Shown here in pieces: positions 9,357-19,504 of a stretch of DNA of 64,000 nucleotides. Source of the DNA: Candidatus Marinacidobacterales bacterium (GTDB taxonomy: Bacteria > Acidobacteriota > Vicinamibacteria > Marinacidobacterales > SMYC01); assembly GCA_965224085.1 (NCBI GenBank), contig CBDCYI010000011.1, positions 384,001 through 448,000 on the forward strand, in the 5' to 3' direction. The notes below the pieces were generated by a model. The model saw only the letters and a list, made by a program, of their open reading frames with translations. It was not told the origin of the DNA and searched no databases. The position numbers and the translations under genes are program-made. Numbering within the stretch: the first letter of the stretch is position 1; every line of letters starts with the position of its first letter.

Positions 9357-10162
9357 GGTATTGTCAAGTTGACGTTGAGCGAGCGAACCTATTGCGTCGA
9401 GCTGATTTCCTTTGCTCTCATCGGACGGCACAGGTTACCTCCTGCCAGACGATGAAAGCGCGGTCTCGTAGCTCCCGATGATGATGCGCTTGCAACAAAT
9501 GCCGTCCGACGCGAAAGAGGTTTTGCACGAGTCCATGCACGGTCAAGAATCGTTGCGCCTGCCCAGGAGTTTTAAACTTCCGCATCTGTCGTTCCCGTTG
9601 TCGCGTCGGTTCGTGCGAGACTTCGGCTAGGTTGTTTCTGTACTGGTCAGTGTCGTGGACGACGGACGGCATGACCTCGCGGTGAGCGGCGCTGTAGCTT
9701 CTCAGTTTGTCGGTGACCAGCTGCCAGGGCGGACGGCCTTGCCCTTTCAACAGCTTGCGGAAGAATCGTTTGGCGGCTTTCTGATCACGGCGAGGCTGGA
9801 CGAGGATATCAATCACATCACCATCTTGGTCTACCGCGCGCCAGAGGTATTGGCGTTCGCCTTGTATCTTTATGAAGACCTCGTCCAGGTGCCACGTGTC
9901 ACCAAGGCGACCCTGCCGACGCTTCAGTCGCCGAGCGTATTCCGGCCCGAACTTGATGCACCAAAGTCGGATCGCTTCGTAGGAAACCGTGATGCCTCGC
10001 TGAGCAAGCAGCTCTTCGACGTTTCGAAAGCTCACGCAGAATCGGTGGTAGAGCCAGACGGCGTGGCTGATGATTTCCGGTGGAAATCGATAGCCGTGGT
10101 AGCTTGGCGCATCGGTCTTCATTGGACCATTCTGTCAGTCACCAGCTCAATTTGACAGTACC
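9357..10162 (-). mobile_element. IS6-family IS, complete (806 bp); transposase 9418-10122
   Basis: Terminal IRs ggtattgtcaagttga / ggtactgtcaaattga (14/16); YRFPPEII, WHLDEVF, TDKLRSY, NNLAEVSH; no TSD seen. Confidence 0.95.
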
Positions 10163-10558
10163 GTTGAAGGGGCAAGGCCGCCCGCCCTGGCGGCTGGTCA
10201 CCGACAAGCTGAGAAGCTACAGCGCCGCTCACCGCGAGGTCATGCCGTCCGTCGTCCACGACACTGACCAGTACAGAAACAACCTAGCCGAAGTCTCGCA
10301 CGAGCCGACGCGACAACGGGAACGACAGATGCGGAAGTTTAAGACTCCGGGACAGGCGCAACGATTCTTGACCGTGCATGGACTCGTGCAAAACCTCTTT
10401 CGCGTCGGACGGCATTTGTTGCAAGCGCGTCATCATTGGGAGCTACGAGACCGCGCTTTCATCGTCTGGCAGGAGGTAACCTGTGCCGTCCGATGAGAGC
10501 ATAAGGAAGTCAGCTCGACGCGATAGGTTCGCTCGCTCAACGTCAACTTGACAATATC
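10163..10558 (+). mobile_element. IS6 3' fragment, diverged isoform
   Basis: Near-identical to the full copy with scattered SNPs; ends in tcaacttgacaatatc. Confidence 0.9.
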
Positions 10559-10561
10559 AAT

Positions 10562-10678
10562 GGAACGTTCGAGGAACGTTCGAGACGAGCAATCTGGTAT
10601 AAACCTAAATAAATAAAATACTTAGTGGAAGTCATTGGATGTAGCTGGACGCGTACTAGGCGGACTCCCTCTCCGCCA
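10562..10678 (+). other. Putative att site (arm repeats, AT-rich tract, symmetric core resembling a tRNA-Ser 3' end)
   Basis: ggaacgttcga x2 (10562-10583); AT-rich tract about 10597-10625; ggcgga-ctccctc-tccgcca (10659-10678). Confidence 0.55.
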
Positions 10679-10718
10679 TTCTCGCCGCCGACCGGCTGAC
10701 CCCACTGAGAAGGTCCTT

Positions 10719-10747
10719 TTGACAAAAAGAGGGGAGGCCGGTAATCT
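10719..10747 (+). promoter_or_regulatory. Sigma70 promoter of tRNA-Gln
   Basis: TTGACA-17 bp-TAATCT. Confidence 0.8.
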
Positions 10748-10762
10748 GGCCGGTACTGGAAC

Positions 10763-10836
10763 TGGGAAGTCGTTCAATGGTAGGACACACGGCTCTGGAC
10801 CGTGGAATCGGGGTTCGAGTCCCTGCTTCCCAGCCA
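10763..10836 (+). tRNA. tRNA-Gln(CTG)
   Basis: Cloverleaf; anticodon arm cacgg-ctCTGga-ccgtg, GGTTCGAGT T-arm, encoded CCA. Confidence 0.96.
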
Positions 10837-10896
10837 GTTAAAACGGATCGCGGCTGAGCCAGGTCACACGAATCTTCGTGGTATGCGGCACGGCCC

Positions 10897-11980
10897 TGCC
10901 TTGGTGCACAACTCCGATAGAGGCCGAGAGCTCGCTTGGCCCCGGTTTCCCATCATCCGATCATCTTGCTATCAGGCATCCCGATGGCCGTCATGGCGTT
11001 CAGAAACTTGCACCCGATCCTTGCCTCAACTCTCTGTGCCGCCAACCCTCTCGCTCGCATCGCCGAGCCAACGATCGCCTTGTAGCGATGGAACGTTGTC
11101 TCGACTTTGCTCCGTTTGCTGTAGCCCGATTCTGTGTGCCACTTTCGTTTGCCAAGCCGAGCTCGTGCTGAAATGTTGCGATTGCGCTGTCGGCTGCTCG
11201 CCGGCCCCGATGCAAGGTGGGCCCTTTTCGTGGCGGGTACCAGCACCTCGGTGAGCGATGAGCGCGGTGACTCTCGAGCGCTTCATAGACGCCGCTGGCG
11301 TCGTATGCGGTGTCAGCTCTGGCCGATGAGATGGGAGTGTCGATCTGTCCGACAAGCGATGCAACCCGCGATGAATCGTGGGCTCTTTTGCTCGTCAGCT
11401 CGCCGGCGACGACTTCGCCAGTCTGCTCGTCGACACACAGATGGAGCTTTGCGATAATCCCTGCTCTTCGGTGGTCTACGCAGCTGGCCAACATGGACAG
11501 CGAGACCGCTGCTGTCGATCAAGATGTGCAACGGCGTCTTCTGCTTACCTCGGTAGAAGGGGTCCTTGCCCAGCTTCGCCTTGCGCCTCGAGAGCGTGGT
11601 GTGATCGGGCACATCATTGTCCAGCTTCAACACAGCGAACAACGATCGCAGCAATCCCTCGCTCTGCCTGGATGACAGATGAAACAACATGCCCAGGGTG
11701 ATAGCCGTCTCGATGGCGTGATTGGAGTACTTGCGTTGACGGCCCGGTTTCCTCCTCCTCGGTCGGGGCGCGTCCCAGCCCACAAGCTTGCCGTCGGTGA
11801 GCGAGATCCACACGGTCAGGCTGCCGCGGTCGCGTAGACTCGCCTCATATTCTCGCCAATTCCTCACCCGATAGGCCTTCTTCACATACTTCTGCTGAGT
11901 GCGTTTGAAAACGCTCATGGGGACCTCGGTTCCGCGACACGACAATTATGGGCCGAGATCGCGAGTTGTGCACCAAGGCA
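10897..11980 (-). mobile_element. IS5-family (IS903-like) IS with frameshifted transposase
   Basis: Perfect 18-bp IR tgccttggtgcacaactc; YRVRNWREYE, PDHTTLSRR, IDSSG, KLHLCVD, GYSKRSKVETTF spread over three frames. Confidence 0.9.
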
Positions 11981-12121
11981 GCGTCGTGCTTCTCGTTAAC
12001 GTCGTGCTTCGCTCGATTCCTGCAAACCGCTACTAATTATGGCGCAGGGCACCAAACCAATGTACTATCCCTTCCCGGTTAAGGAGACACCTAAGAAGTA
12101 CCCTTTCATATGGAGGAAATC

Positions 12122-12625
12122 ATGACGAAGCATCGTTCGTTACTCGCCGCAGCGGTGGCGCTGGTCATCGTTAGTGCGTGTTCGCCGCCACCCGAACCGC
12201 CGCCCGAGATCGACATCGAAGCGGAAAGAGCATCACTCAGCGAGGCGGCCGATCGTTATCACGAGGTCGGCCATTCGCTGGATGTGGAAACGCTTGCATC
12301 GTTCTATGCAAGCGACGCTTTGGTGCTGCCTCCCAATTCGGCGGCGATTGAAGGTCCGGCTGGAGTCCGCGAGTTCCTAACTGCCTTCACTTCCACTCCG
12401 GGTTTTCAAGTCCGCTTCGAAACGCCGACGGTCGTGGTATCCAATGGAGGCGACCTGGGTTACACGCTTGCCGATATCGAGTTCACCGTCGACGGACCCG
12501 ATGGACAGCCCGTAACTTCGCGGGAGCGGGACTTTCACGTCTGGAAAAAGCAAGCCGACGGTTCGTGGAAAGTCATCATCGATATCTGGAACTCGCCGGA
12601 TCCCCTGCCGACGTCCGGCGAGTAG
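12122..12625 (+). CDS. DUF4440/SnoaL-like lipoprotein
   Basis: Lipobox IVSAC, FYASDALVLPP, VWKKQADGSWKVIIDIWN; SD ggagg. Confidence 0.85.
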   Translation: MTKHRSLLAAAVALVIVSACSPPPEPPPEIDIEAERASLSEAADRYHEVGHSLDVETLASFYASDALVLPPNSAAIEGPAGVREFLTAFTSTPGFQVRFETPTVVVSNGGDLGYTLADIEFTVDGPDGQPVTSRERDFHVWKKQADGSWKVIIDIWNSPDPLPTSGE

Positions 12626-12871
12626 GCGGAGTCGTGGACCGGTAACGTGTGCTAAGGGTCCTCGCAAAAAATAACTTCACATTTTCGACGGCGACAAGCT
12701 GTAGTTCCATGCCGACGAGGTTTTGGGTCTGGAAAGACAGAGAGCGTCCCGTAGGGTCAAGATACTCGAACGGCAACCGGGTCAGCAGGATCCGCGGACC
12801 CGCGGACCCGCGGACCGGTTGAATCGGCCCTTCCTGTCGGATAGGTATTCCAATCCTTCGGAAGGAGTCGC

Positions 12872-13226
12872 GATGGACTGGAAGACCAAGCTGGCCTATA
12901 TCTCAGGATCTGTGGACGAGGAGCTTCTCCTGCGGAACGAATATCTTGTGGCCGAGAATCGGATTCTTCGGAATCAGATCCAGGGTCGTTTGCGCCTGAC
13001 CGATGGCGAACGGCGGACGCTGGCCGAAATCGGGAAGCGTCTCGGCAAGCAGGCGTTGGAAGAGGTTGTGAGCATCGTGAAGCCCGACACGATCTTGGGC
13101 TGGCATCGCAGGCTTGTCGCGAAGAAGTTCGACGGCTCTAAGAACCGTCAATACCCAGGGCGGCCGCGTGTCGACGCTGACATCGAAGAGCTGGTGGTGC
13201 GTCTTGCCCAGGAGAACAAGTCTTGA
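12872..13226 (+). pseudogene. Integrase-core (rve) transposase N-terminal fragment, cut at the ENKS(W) motif
   Basis: NEYLVAENRILR...VKPDTILGWHRRLVAKK...GRP; ends abruptly at tcttg|a. Confidence 0.85.
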
Positions 13227-13337
13227 ACTAAGCCGCTCGCGCGGCGGCGGGACCTGCAAGCTCTCCCGAACTGGTGAGCCAAACTGGGGGCATTTTGCCT
13301 GCGCCTTTTTCGCCGCAGCCCATCGCCCTTCCAGGGA

Positions 13338-13559
13338 ATCACGGCGCGCAGGTCGTGTCAAGTTTTCCACGGCCTGACGGCCACCCCGAATGAATGAAAC
13401 GCGGTGGTCTCTGGAGGTGGCACCGGCTCAACACGACGCCTGAGGGAGCTCGGTTTTGACGTCACTGCCCCCAAACGCTACACCCTGAGTTTCTTATTAG
13501 GGTTTCGCGCGCTTCGCGCGCCGGCTGCGCCGCCCTGGACACGACCTGCGCGCCGTGAT
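13338..13559. repeat. 22-bp perfect inverted repeat pair (13338-13359 / 13538-13559)
   Basis: atcacggcgcgcaggtcgtgtc versus gacacgacctgcgcgccgtgat. Confidence 0.9.
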
Positions 13560-13860
13560 GCGAGTCACTATGGGCGATGGGCGGACGGGTGCCTCCGGCA
13601 GGGGCTCCGGACTCCGGGTTTTGCACGGCAAGCCAGCCGCGGTGAACTCACTCGCCTCTAACCCGTTTCCCTTGTTTTTCCGGGCCACGGGAGCCAGAAG
13701 GGATTAAGGAGGACGGCTTCGCCGTCGTCTTCATTCGTTCGATCTTCGCTCCGGACAACGAGTCCTGCGTTTCTCGGAACCGCTCTCTCACACATGGCAT
13801 CATCCCTGTCCCCCGCGGGCGGCGATGGTCGTCGTCTGCTAAATCACTGGAGGAATAATC

Positions 13861-14721
13861 ATGGGATGCCTTAGCGAAAAAATGCTTGCCGACATGAAAC
13901 TGAAGGGGTTCGCACGCTCCACGCAGGAGGAGTATCTGCTGCGAGCGCGCCATTTCGCGGCACATTACATGCGCTCACCCGCCGAGATGGGCGAGCCGGA
14001 GACCCGCGATTATCTGATTCATCTCGTTAACGAGAAGAAGGCCTCTCCGGCCAGCCACCACATGTACGTCGCCTCTCTCAAGTTTCTCTACGCAACCACA
14101 CTCAACCGCCCGGAGGAGGTGGCGAAGATTCCTTGGCCCAAGAAACCTCGCACGTTACCCGATATCTTGAGCGGCGAGGAGGTCGATTGTTTGCTTCACT
14201 CCGTTAACTCCGTCAAACACCGCGCGATTCTCATGAGCGCCTACGGCGCCGGGCTGCGCGTTTCCGAGGTGTGCTGTCTGAAGCACTCCGACATCGACTC
14301 CAAACGCATGCTCTTGCACATTCGTCACGCCAAGAACTCCAAGGCCCGCTATGTCACGCTCAGCGAACGTTTGTTGAGCTTCCTGCGCTACTACTGGAAA
14401 ACCACTCGCCCTCGCGGAGAGTACTTGTTTCCCGGCCGTAATCCTGGTGCCCACATCTCAGACGATGGCGTTCGCTGGGCTCTTCGTAAGGCCGTGGCTG
14501 AGGCGGGGCTCACCAAACGTATCACTCCTCATTCGCTGCGCCACGGTTTTGCCACACATATGCTCGAACTGGGTGAAGACATTCGTACCGTGCAGCAACT
14601 GCTCGGTCATGCCTCCATCCAGACCACGGCCCGTTACACAAAGGTAACAGCAAAGCACTTGGGGCGCATCAAGAGCCCTCTCGATTTGCTGGGAACGAAG
14701 AAGGGCAAAAAGCTCGGCTAG
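13861..14721 (+). CDS. Tyrosine recombinase of an IS91-associated element
   Basis: YGAGLRVSE, HSLRHGFATH, LLGH...TARY; SAM-like N-terminus; SD ggagga. Confidence 0.93.
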   Translation: MGCLSEKMLADMKLKGFARSTQEEYLLRARHFAAHYMRSPAEMGEPETRDYLIHLVNEKKASPASHHMYVASLKFLYATTLNRPEEVAKIPWPKKPRTLPDILSGEEVDCLLHSVNSVKHRAILMSAYGAGLRVSEVCCLKHSDIDSKRMLLHIRHAKNSKARYVTLSERLLSFLRYYWKTTRPRGEYLFPGRNPGAHISDDGVRWALRKAVAEAGLTKRITPHSLRHGFATHMLELGEDIRTVQQLLGHASIQTTARYTKVTAKHLGRIKSPLDLLGTKKGKKLG

Positions 14722-14727
14722 CTCATC

Positions 14728-17260
14728 ATGCAGCCCCATGGGCTGTGTCCTTCCCGCGTCGAGTCACCACCACGGCCACTGCTCGAGATCGCGGAAATCT
14801 TCCGCGAACATGGTCCACGCTTTCGCCAAACCCATGCGCTGACAGCCGAGCAGCGCAAGGTGATGTGGGCTATAGAGAACTGTCGCACGGCGGTGCTAGG
14901 TGGCCATCTCGACGTGTGTAACGCTTGCGGATACGCGGCGCCTTCGTTTAACTCGTGCCGCAATCGGCACTGTCCCAAGTGTCAGAGCCTAGCCCAGGCG
15001 AAGTGGATGGAGCAGCGAGCTCAGAGGATTCTTCCGACTCACTATTTCCACGTCGTTTTCACCCTCCCGCAGCAACTCAAGCCTCTCGCCCGAGACAATC
15101 CCAAGTTCATGTTCAACCTCCTGTTTCGCGCCGCCTCGCGAACTCTATTGGAGTTCGGCCAAAGCCGGCTCGAAGCTCAACTTGCCTTCACCGCCGTACT
15201 GCACACCTGGACCCGGAAGCTCCTGTTCCATCCACACCTGCATTGCATCGTCTCCGGGGGCGGGCTCAACCACCCTCAGCAGCTGTGGAACGCCGCAAAC
15301 CCTCGCTTTCTGTTTCCCGTCAAGGCCATGTCGCGGCTTTTTCGCAGCAAGTTTCTCGATGCCCTTAGGTTCTGTTACATAATAATATTTACAAATACGA
15401 GTTCGGTAAGAATTAATACCCTCAATCAAGCACGTCGGGGATGGAGAGTGTAATTCCAGTTGCCGTGGAAGGGGTGGATTTTGAGTCGAAGCTCCTGCAT
15501 TTCTTCGTTACTGACCTTCTGGCCTGTCTCGTAGGAGTTCTTGTCCAGCATGGCCTTTACCTTCAAGCCGGTTCGGGTCTTGGTGTTGCCGATAAGATTG
15601 ACGACCGCCTCGTAGCTCACGAGAGGCCGTCCTTTCCAGTTCATGCTGACAAAGGAGAATAGTCGATGTTCGATTTTGTTCCATTTACTGGTTCCCGGTG
15701 GATAGTGGCATACGGTGATGGGAATCTTCAGTTGGTCCGATAGCTTTTGGAGGTGGAGCTTCCAGCCTCGCAGCCGGTTTCCGTTGCTTCCACCGGCGTC
15801 CGCGCAAACAAGCAGACGTTTCGCCATCGGATAAGACTTTTTTCCGAGTATGCGCCACCATCTCCGGATGCTTTCTACCGCGAATTCCGCAGTCTCGTGA
15901 GTAATGCCGACGTTGACCAGCGCTTCGTCGCGGGACACATCGTAAGTCCCATAGGGAATTGCTTTGCCCTCAGCCATACTGGGGAAGTCGTGTACAAGAA
16001 CCGGCTCACCTCCGCCCTTCTTCTTCCTCCACGTTTTACCCCTGTTTTCAAAGGCTCCTATCAATTCCTTCTTCTTGGTATCGACGCTCACGACCGGATC
16101 CTTGCTTCGCATGAACTTGCTTACTTGCTTGTTGATGTAACGAAACTGTTTGTCCCGATCCGGGTGCTGATCCCCTTCCAGTCTCTTCACGTTAGCTTGC
16201 AGCGAGTAACCCATTTCTCCTAGGCGTCGAGCAACTGTCACGTGCGAGACATCGTGACCTTTGCGTTCAAGCTCCTCCGCCATCGCTCTCGTGGACTTGT
16301 TCGTCCATTTGAGATGCTTCATCGGGTCGCCGGCGGTTCTTTCGTCGAGGATCTTCTTCAGCTGCCGCTCGATTCTCGGGTCTAACTCCTCGACCCGCTT
16401 TCTCCCCCCGCCAGGCTTGCGCACTCGGGCGCTGTCGTCATCAACTATCGGCGCTTTCGCTTTGAGTTCCGCCACGCCCTTCATGATGGTCGGCCGCGAC
16501 ATCCCCGTAAGTCGTGACAGCCGACTGACCCCGCCGCGTCCTTCTTCAAGCGCCCGTTGAGCCACAAAAACACGCGCTTGCGCTTCGTTCAACGTCCCCA
16601 GCACCCTCAACCAGTGACGCTCAGACTCTGGTACCTTTCGATCTGTTGCCATCCTCGTATAGTCTCGCAACCAGCAGAGGATAGCAGCAATGACAGTGTA
16701 TTGTAAATATTAATATGTAACAGACCCTTAGGCTCGCTTACGACCAAGATGAGCTTGAGTTGAGCGCAAACGCTTCCCACCTCAGAAACCCACCTCGCTT
16801 CCGGGAGCTGAAAGACAAGCTCTACCGCATCGATTGGGTCGTTTACAGCAAACGACCCTTCGGTGGCCCAGAGCAGGTTTTCAACTACCTCGGCCGATAT
16901 ACCCACCGGGTCGGCATCTCCAACCGCCGACTCATTCGCATCGACCACTACGGCGTCTGCTTCGCCACCAAGAATGGTAATACCGTTACCGTCCCCCCAG
17001 AGGAATTTATCCGCCGTTTCCTCCTGCACGTACTGCCGAAAGGTTTCGTCAAGATTCGCCATTTCGGCTTAATGGCCTCCTCCAATGCGACCACCAAGCT
17101 CGTAGTCGCGCGCCAGTTGCTCGATGAGAAAACAAAACCCACGACCGACGCCGACGACGTGCAAGTCAGCTCGCGTGCCACCGAGGACAAGGACTGGCGC
17201 GAGCGGCTCAAGGAGCTCACCGGCATCGACCTCACCATCTGTCCCCGCTGCAGCGTTCCG
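14728..17260 (+). pseudogene. IS91-family (Y2/HUH) transposase split by ISAzo13 and 3'-truncated
   Basis: CRTAVLGGH, SCRNRHCPKCQ, HVVFTLP, HPHLH; removing ISAzo13 and one TTA restores DALRLAYDQ...YLGRYTHR...IRHFG...ICPRC. Confidence 0.92.
15368..16727 (-). mobile_element. ISAzo13-family IS (1360 bp), intact transposase 15426-16670, TSD TTA
   Basis: AT-rich terminal IRs ggttctgttacata.../gggtctgttacata...; SVDTKKKE, ADAGGSNG, PPGTSKWNKIEHRLFS; TTA at 15365-15367 and 16728-16730. Confidence 0.96.
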
Positions 17261-17319
17261 GCGCTTTCGAACGGAACGCGACTGGGCTGGCCTTCCCTTG
17301 GAGGCTAGAATCCGCCGTC

Positions 17320-18329
17320 ATGAGTGTCGCGATTCACCCCTGGACATTCCTTGCGGTCGCCGTCGCCGGTTGGATCCACCGTGACCAACAGGCCGCTATC
17401 ACCTACTTGCTCGAGGAGAACAAAGTCCTCAGAGCTCGGCTCGGTAGACGAAGACTGCGCTTCACCGACGCCGAGCGGCGACGGCTGGCGGCCAAGGGCA
17501 AGGCCCTCGGCCGCAAACTCTTGGCGGAAGTCGCCGGTATCGTCACTCCCGACACCCTCCTCGCCTGGCACAGAAGGCTCATCGCGCGGAAGTGGGACTA
17601 CAGCGCGCGACGGAAACAGCCCGGACGCGCACGAGTGATGGTCGAGATTACCGAGCTTGTCGTGGGCATCGCGGAGTCCAATCCGAAGTGGGGATATACG
17701 CGCATTCGCGGTGCCCTTTCCAATCTCGACCACATTGGTTGCTCGTTCCACCATCGCAGATATTTCTGCGAGAACACGGCATCGAGCCAGCGCCGGAGAG
17801 AGGTGAGCGGACACCGTGGCGGACGTTTCTGACCGCCCATTGGGAAACCGTGGCTGCTACCGACTTCTTGACCGTCGAGGTCGCCACGTTCAGGCTCGTC
17901 ACCTACTACGTCCTCGTCGTGATGGAACTCTCTTCGAGAAAAGTCAACGTTGCTGGAATCACTCCCGGGCCGGACAGCGCGTTCATGATGCAGGTCGCTC
18001 GCAACCTCACCGATCCGGTCGACGGCTTTCTTCTCGGCAAGCGATTCCTCATCCTGGACCGTGACAAGAAGTTCACAGCGGAGTTCCGGGCCTCGATCGA
18101 GGACGCCGGAACTGACGTGATTAGGCTGCCCTACCGTTCGCCGAATTTGACGCTTTCGTCGAGAGGTTTGTTTTGTCGATCAAAAGCGAATGCCTCGACC
18201 GGATGATCTTCTTCGGCGAGGAATCGCTTCGCCGAGCGGTTGGCGAATACATTTCTCATTATCATGGAGAGCGCAATCATCAAGGCCTCGATAACGGGCT
18301 GATCGAAGCGGACGATGGCGTCGGAAGTG
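17320..18329 (+). pseudogene. Second rve-type transposase, two frameshifts, truncated by IS256
   Basis: [10 protein letters not shown]...ESNPKWGY / ATDFLTVEV...DRDKKF...PYRSPN / KSECLDR...HYHGERNHQG in successive frames. Confidence 0.88.
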
Positions 18330-19504
18330 GATGTGTCCCGAGGTCCGTGGAAAAAGAACAGCGCACCTCGACTCCGTCATCAGGGTATCAGATCAAGCGG
18401 CAACCTCCGCGTGTTCGAGAACCTCGCTCAGACGTTGGTAGCCGTCGATGCGTCGCAGTTGAATCTGGCCAGAGGCGATAAGCCCAAACAGCAAAGCGAC
18501 CGCGGACTCCTCGCTGGAGAACGACGCTTGGGTTTTCGTCCGGCGTCGAAACTCGCGGTTGAGATTCTCCAGAGCATTGGTCGTGCGAATCGATTTCCAC
18601 ATGGCACGAGGGAATTCGTAGAAGGTCAGCAGCTGATTGCCGGCCTCCTCTAGGCTTCGGACGACGGCCGGCGCGAGAGGCGTCCACTTGGCGACGAGCT
18701 TGTCATAGGCTTTGCGAGCATCGATACCGTTTTTGCTGTAGACGATCCGGTTGTAGTCACGCCGGAGCTCACGGCGTGCGTGCGCCGGACAATGTTCGAG
18801 CAAGTTGGCGCGCTTGTGCTCGGTACATCGCTGCAACCGGCACTCCGGCCACTTCTCGAGCGCCTTCGTCAGCCCCTTGTGGCCGTCGCTGATCACCAGC
18901 TTGGGAGCCCGTAGTCCTGCAACATCGCGGTGCACACCCGAGAGTTTTCCGTCGAGCCCAGCCATATACCCAGGGGCACCTTCGTTCCATCTATTGTGAT
19001 ACCGAGAGTTACGACGACGGTCTGGCCGGCCACCTCAAGGCCATCCATCATCAGTGCCGCAAGTTCGTACTCCTCTAGCCGCCGAGACAGGTATTGCTCG
19101 AGCTTCTTCGTCGTCTGGCTCACGAGGTGACGGCTGGCGGCACTCTTGCTCGTGCCACGAGACTTCAACTTGGCCGCGGGTTTGTCCAGACTCCGTTCGT
19201 AATTTCGGGTCGATACCCCCACCAAGATCTGATTCAACACTCGCTCTGGAAGCGGGTCTTCTTCGCGGAAGGCTTCGAAGTGTGGAAGCGACGCCTCCTC
19301 ACCAGACTTCGAACGCACTCGAGGTCGCGACACTTGGATGCGACGACCACCGAAGCTCAGCTCTCCGTTCGTGCTCCCCCAGTGGTTATGAGTTCGCTTC
19401 TTCTCGTGCTTGCCCTTCGGTCCCGCGATCTCCTCGTCGTCCTCTCTGAGCAGTAGGTGCAGAGCTGTCAGTCCTTGCTCGTACACCCATTCCGTCAGGT
19501 CCAC
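18330..19504 (-). mobile_element. IS256-family IS remnant (5'-truncated, internal deletion/frameshift near 18915)
   Basis: VGVSTRNY, MMDG, ISDGHKGL, QRC-H, TTNALENLNREFRRRTK; IR-like end gatgtgtcccgaggtccgtggaa. Confidence 0.88.

Noticed and set aside
11982-12010. cgtcgtgcttc direct repeat next to IS5 as a TSD
   Set aside because: Both copies lie on the same side of the element; no matching duplication on the other flank.
12792-12815. ccgcggac x3 tandem repeat as a CRISPR or iteron array
   Set aside because: 8-bp units with no spacers, and no cas or rep gene nearby; a simple slippage repeat.
13861-14721. Integron integrase with a cassette array
   Set aside because: It lacks the IntI-specific insertion, is coupled to an IS91 transposase, and no attC array is visible.
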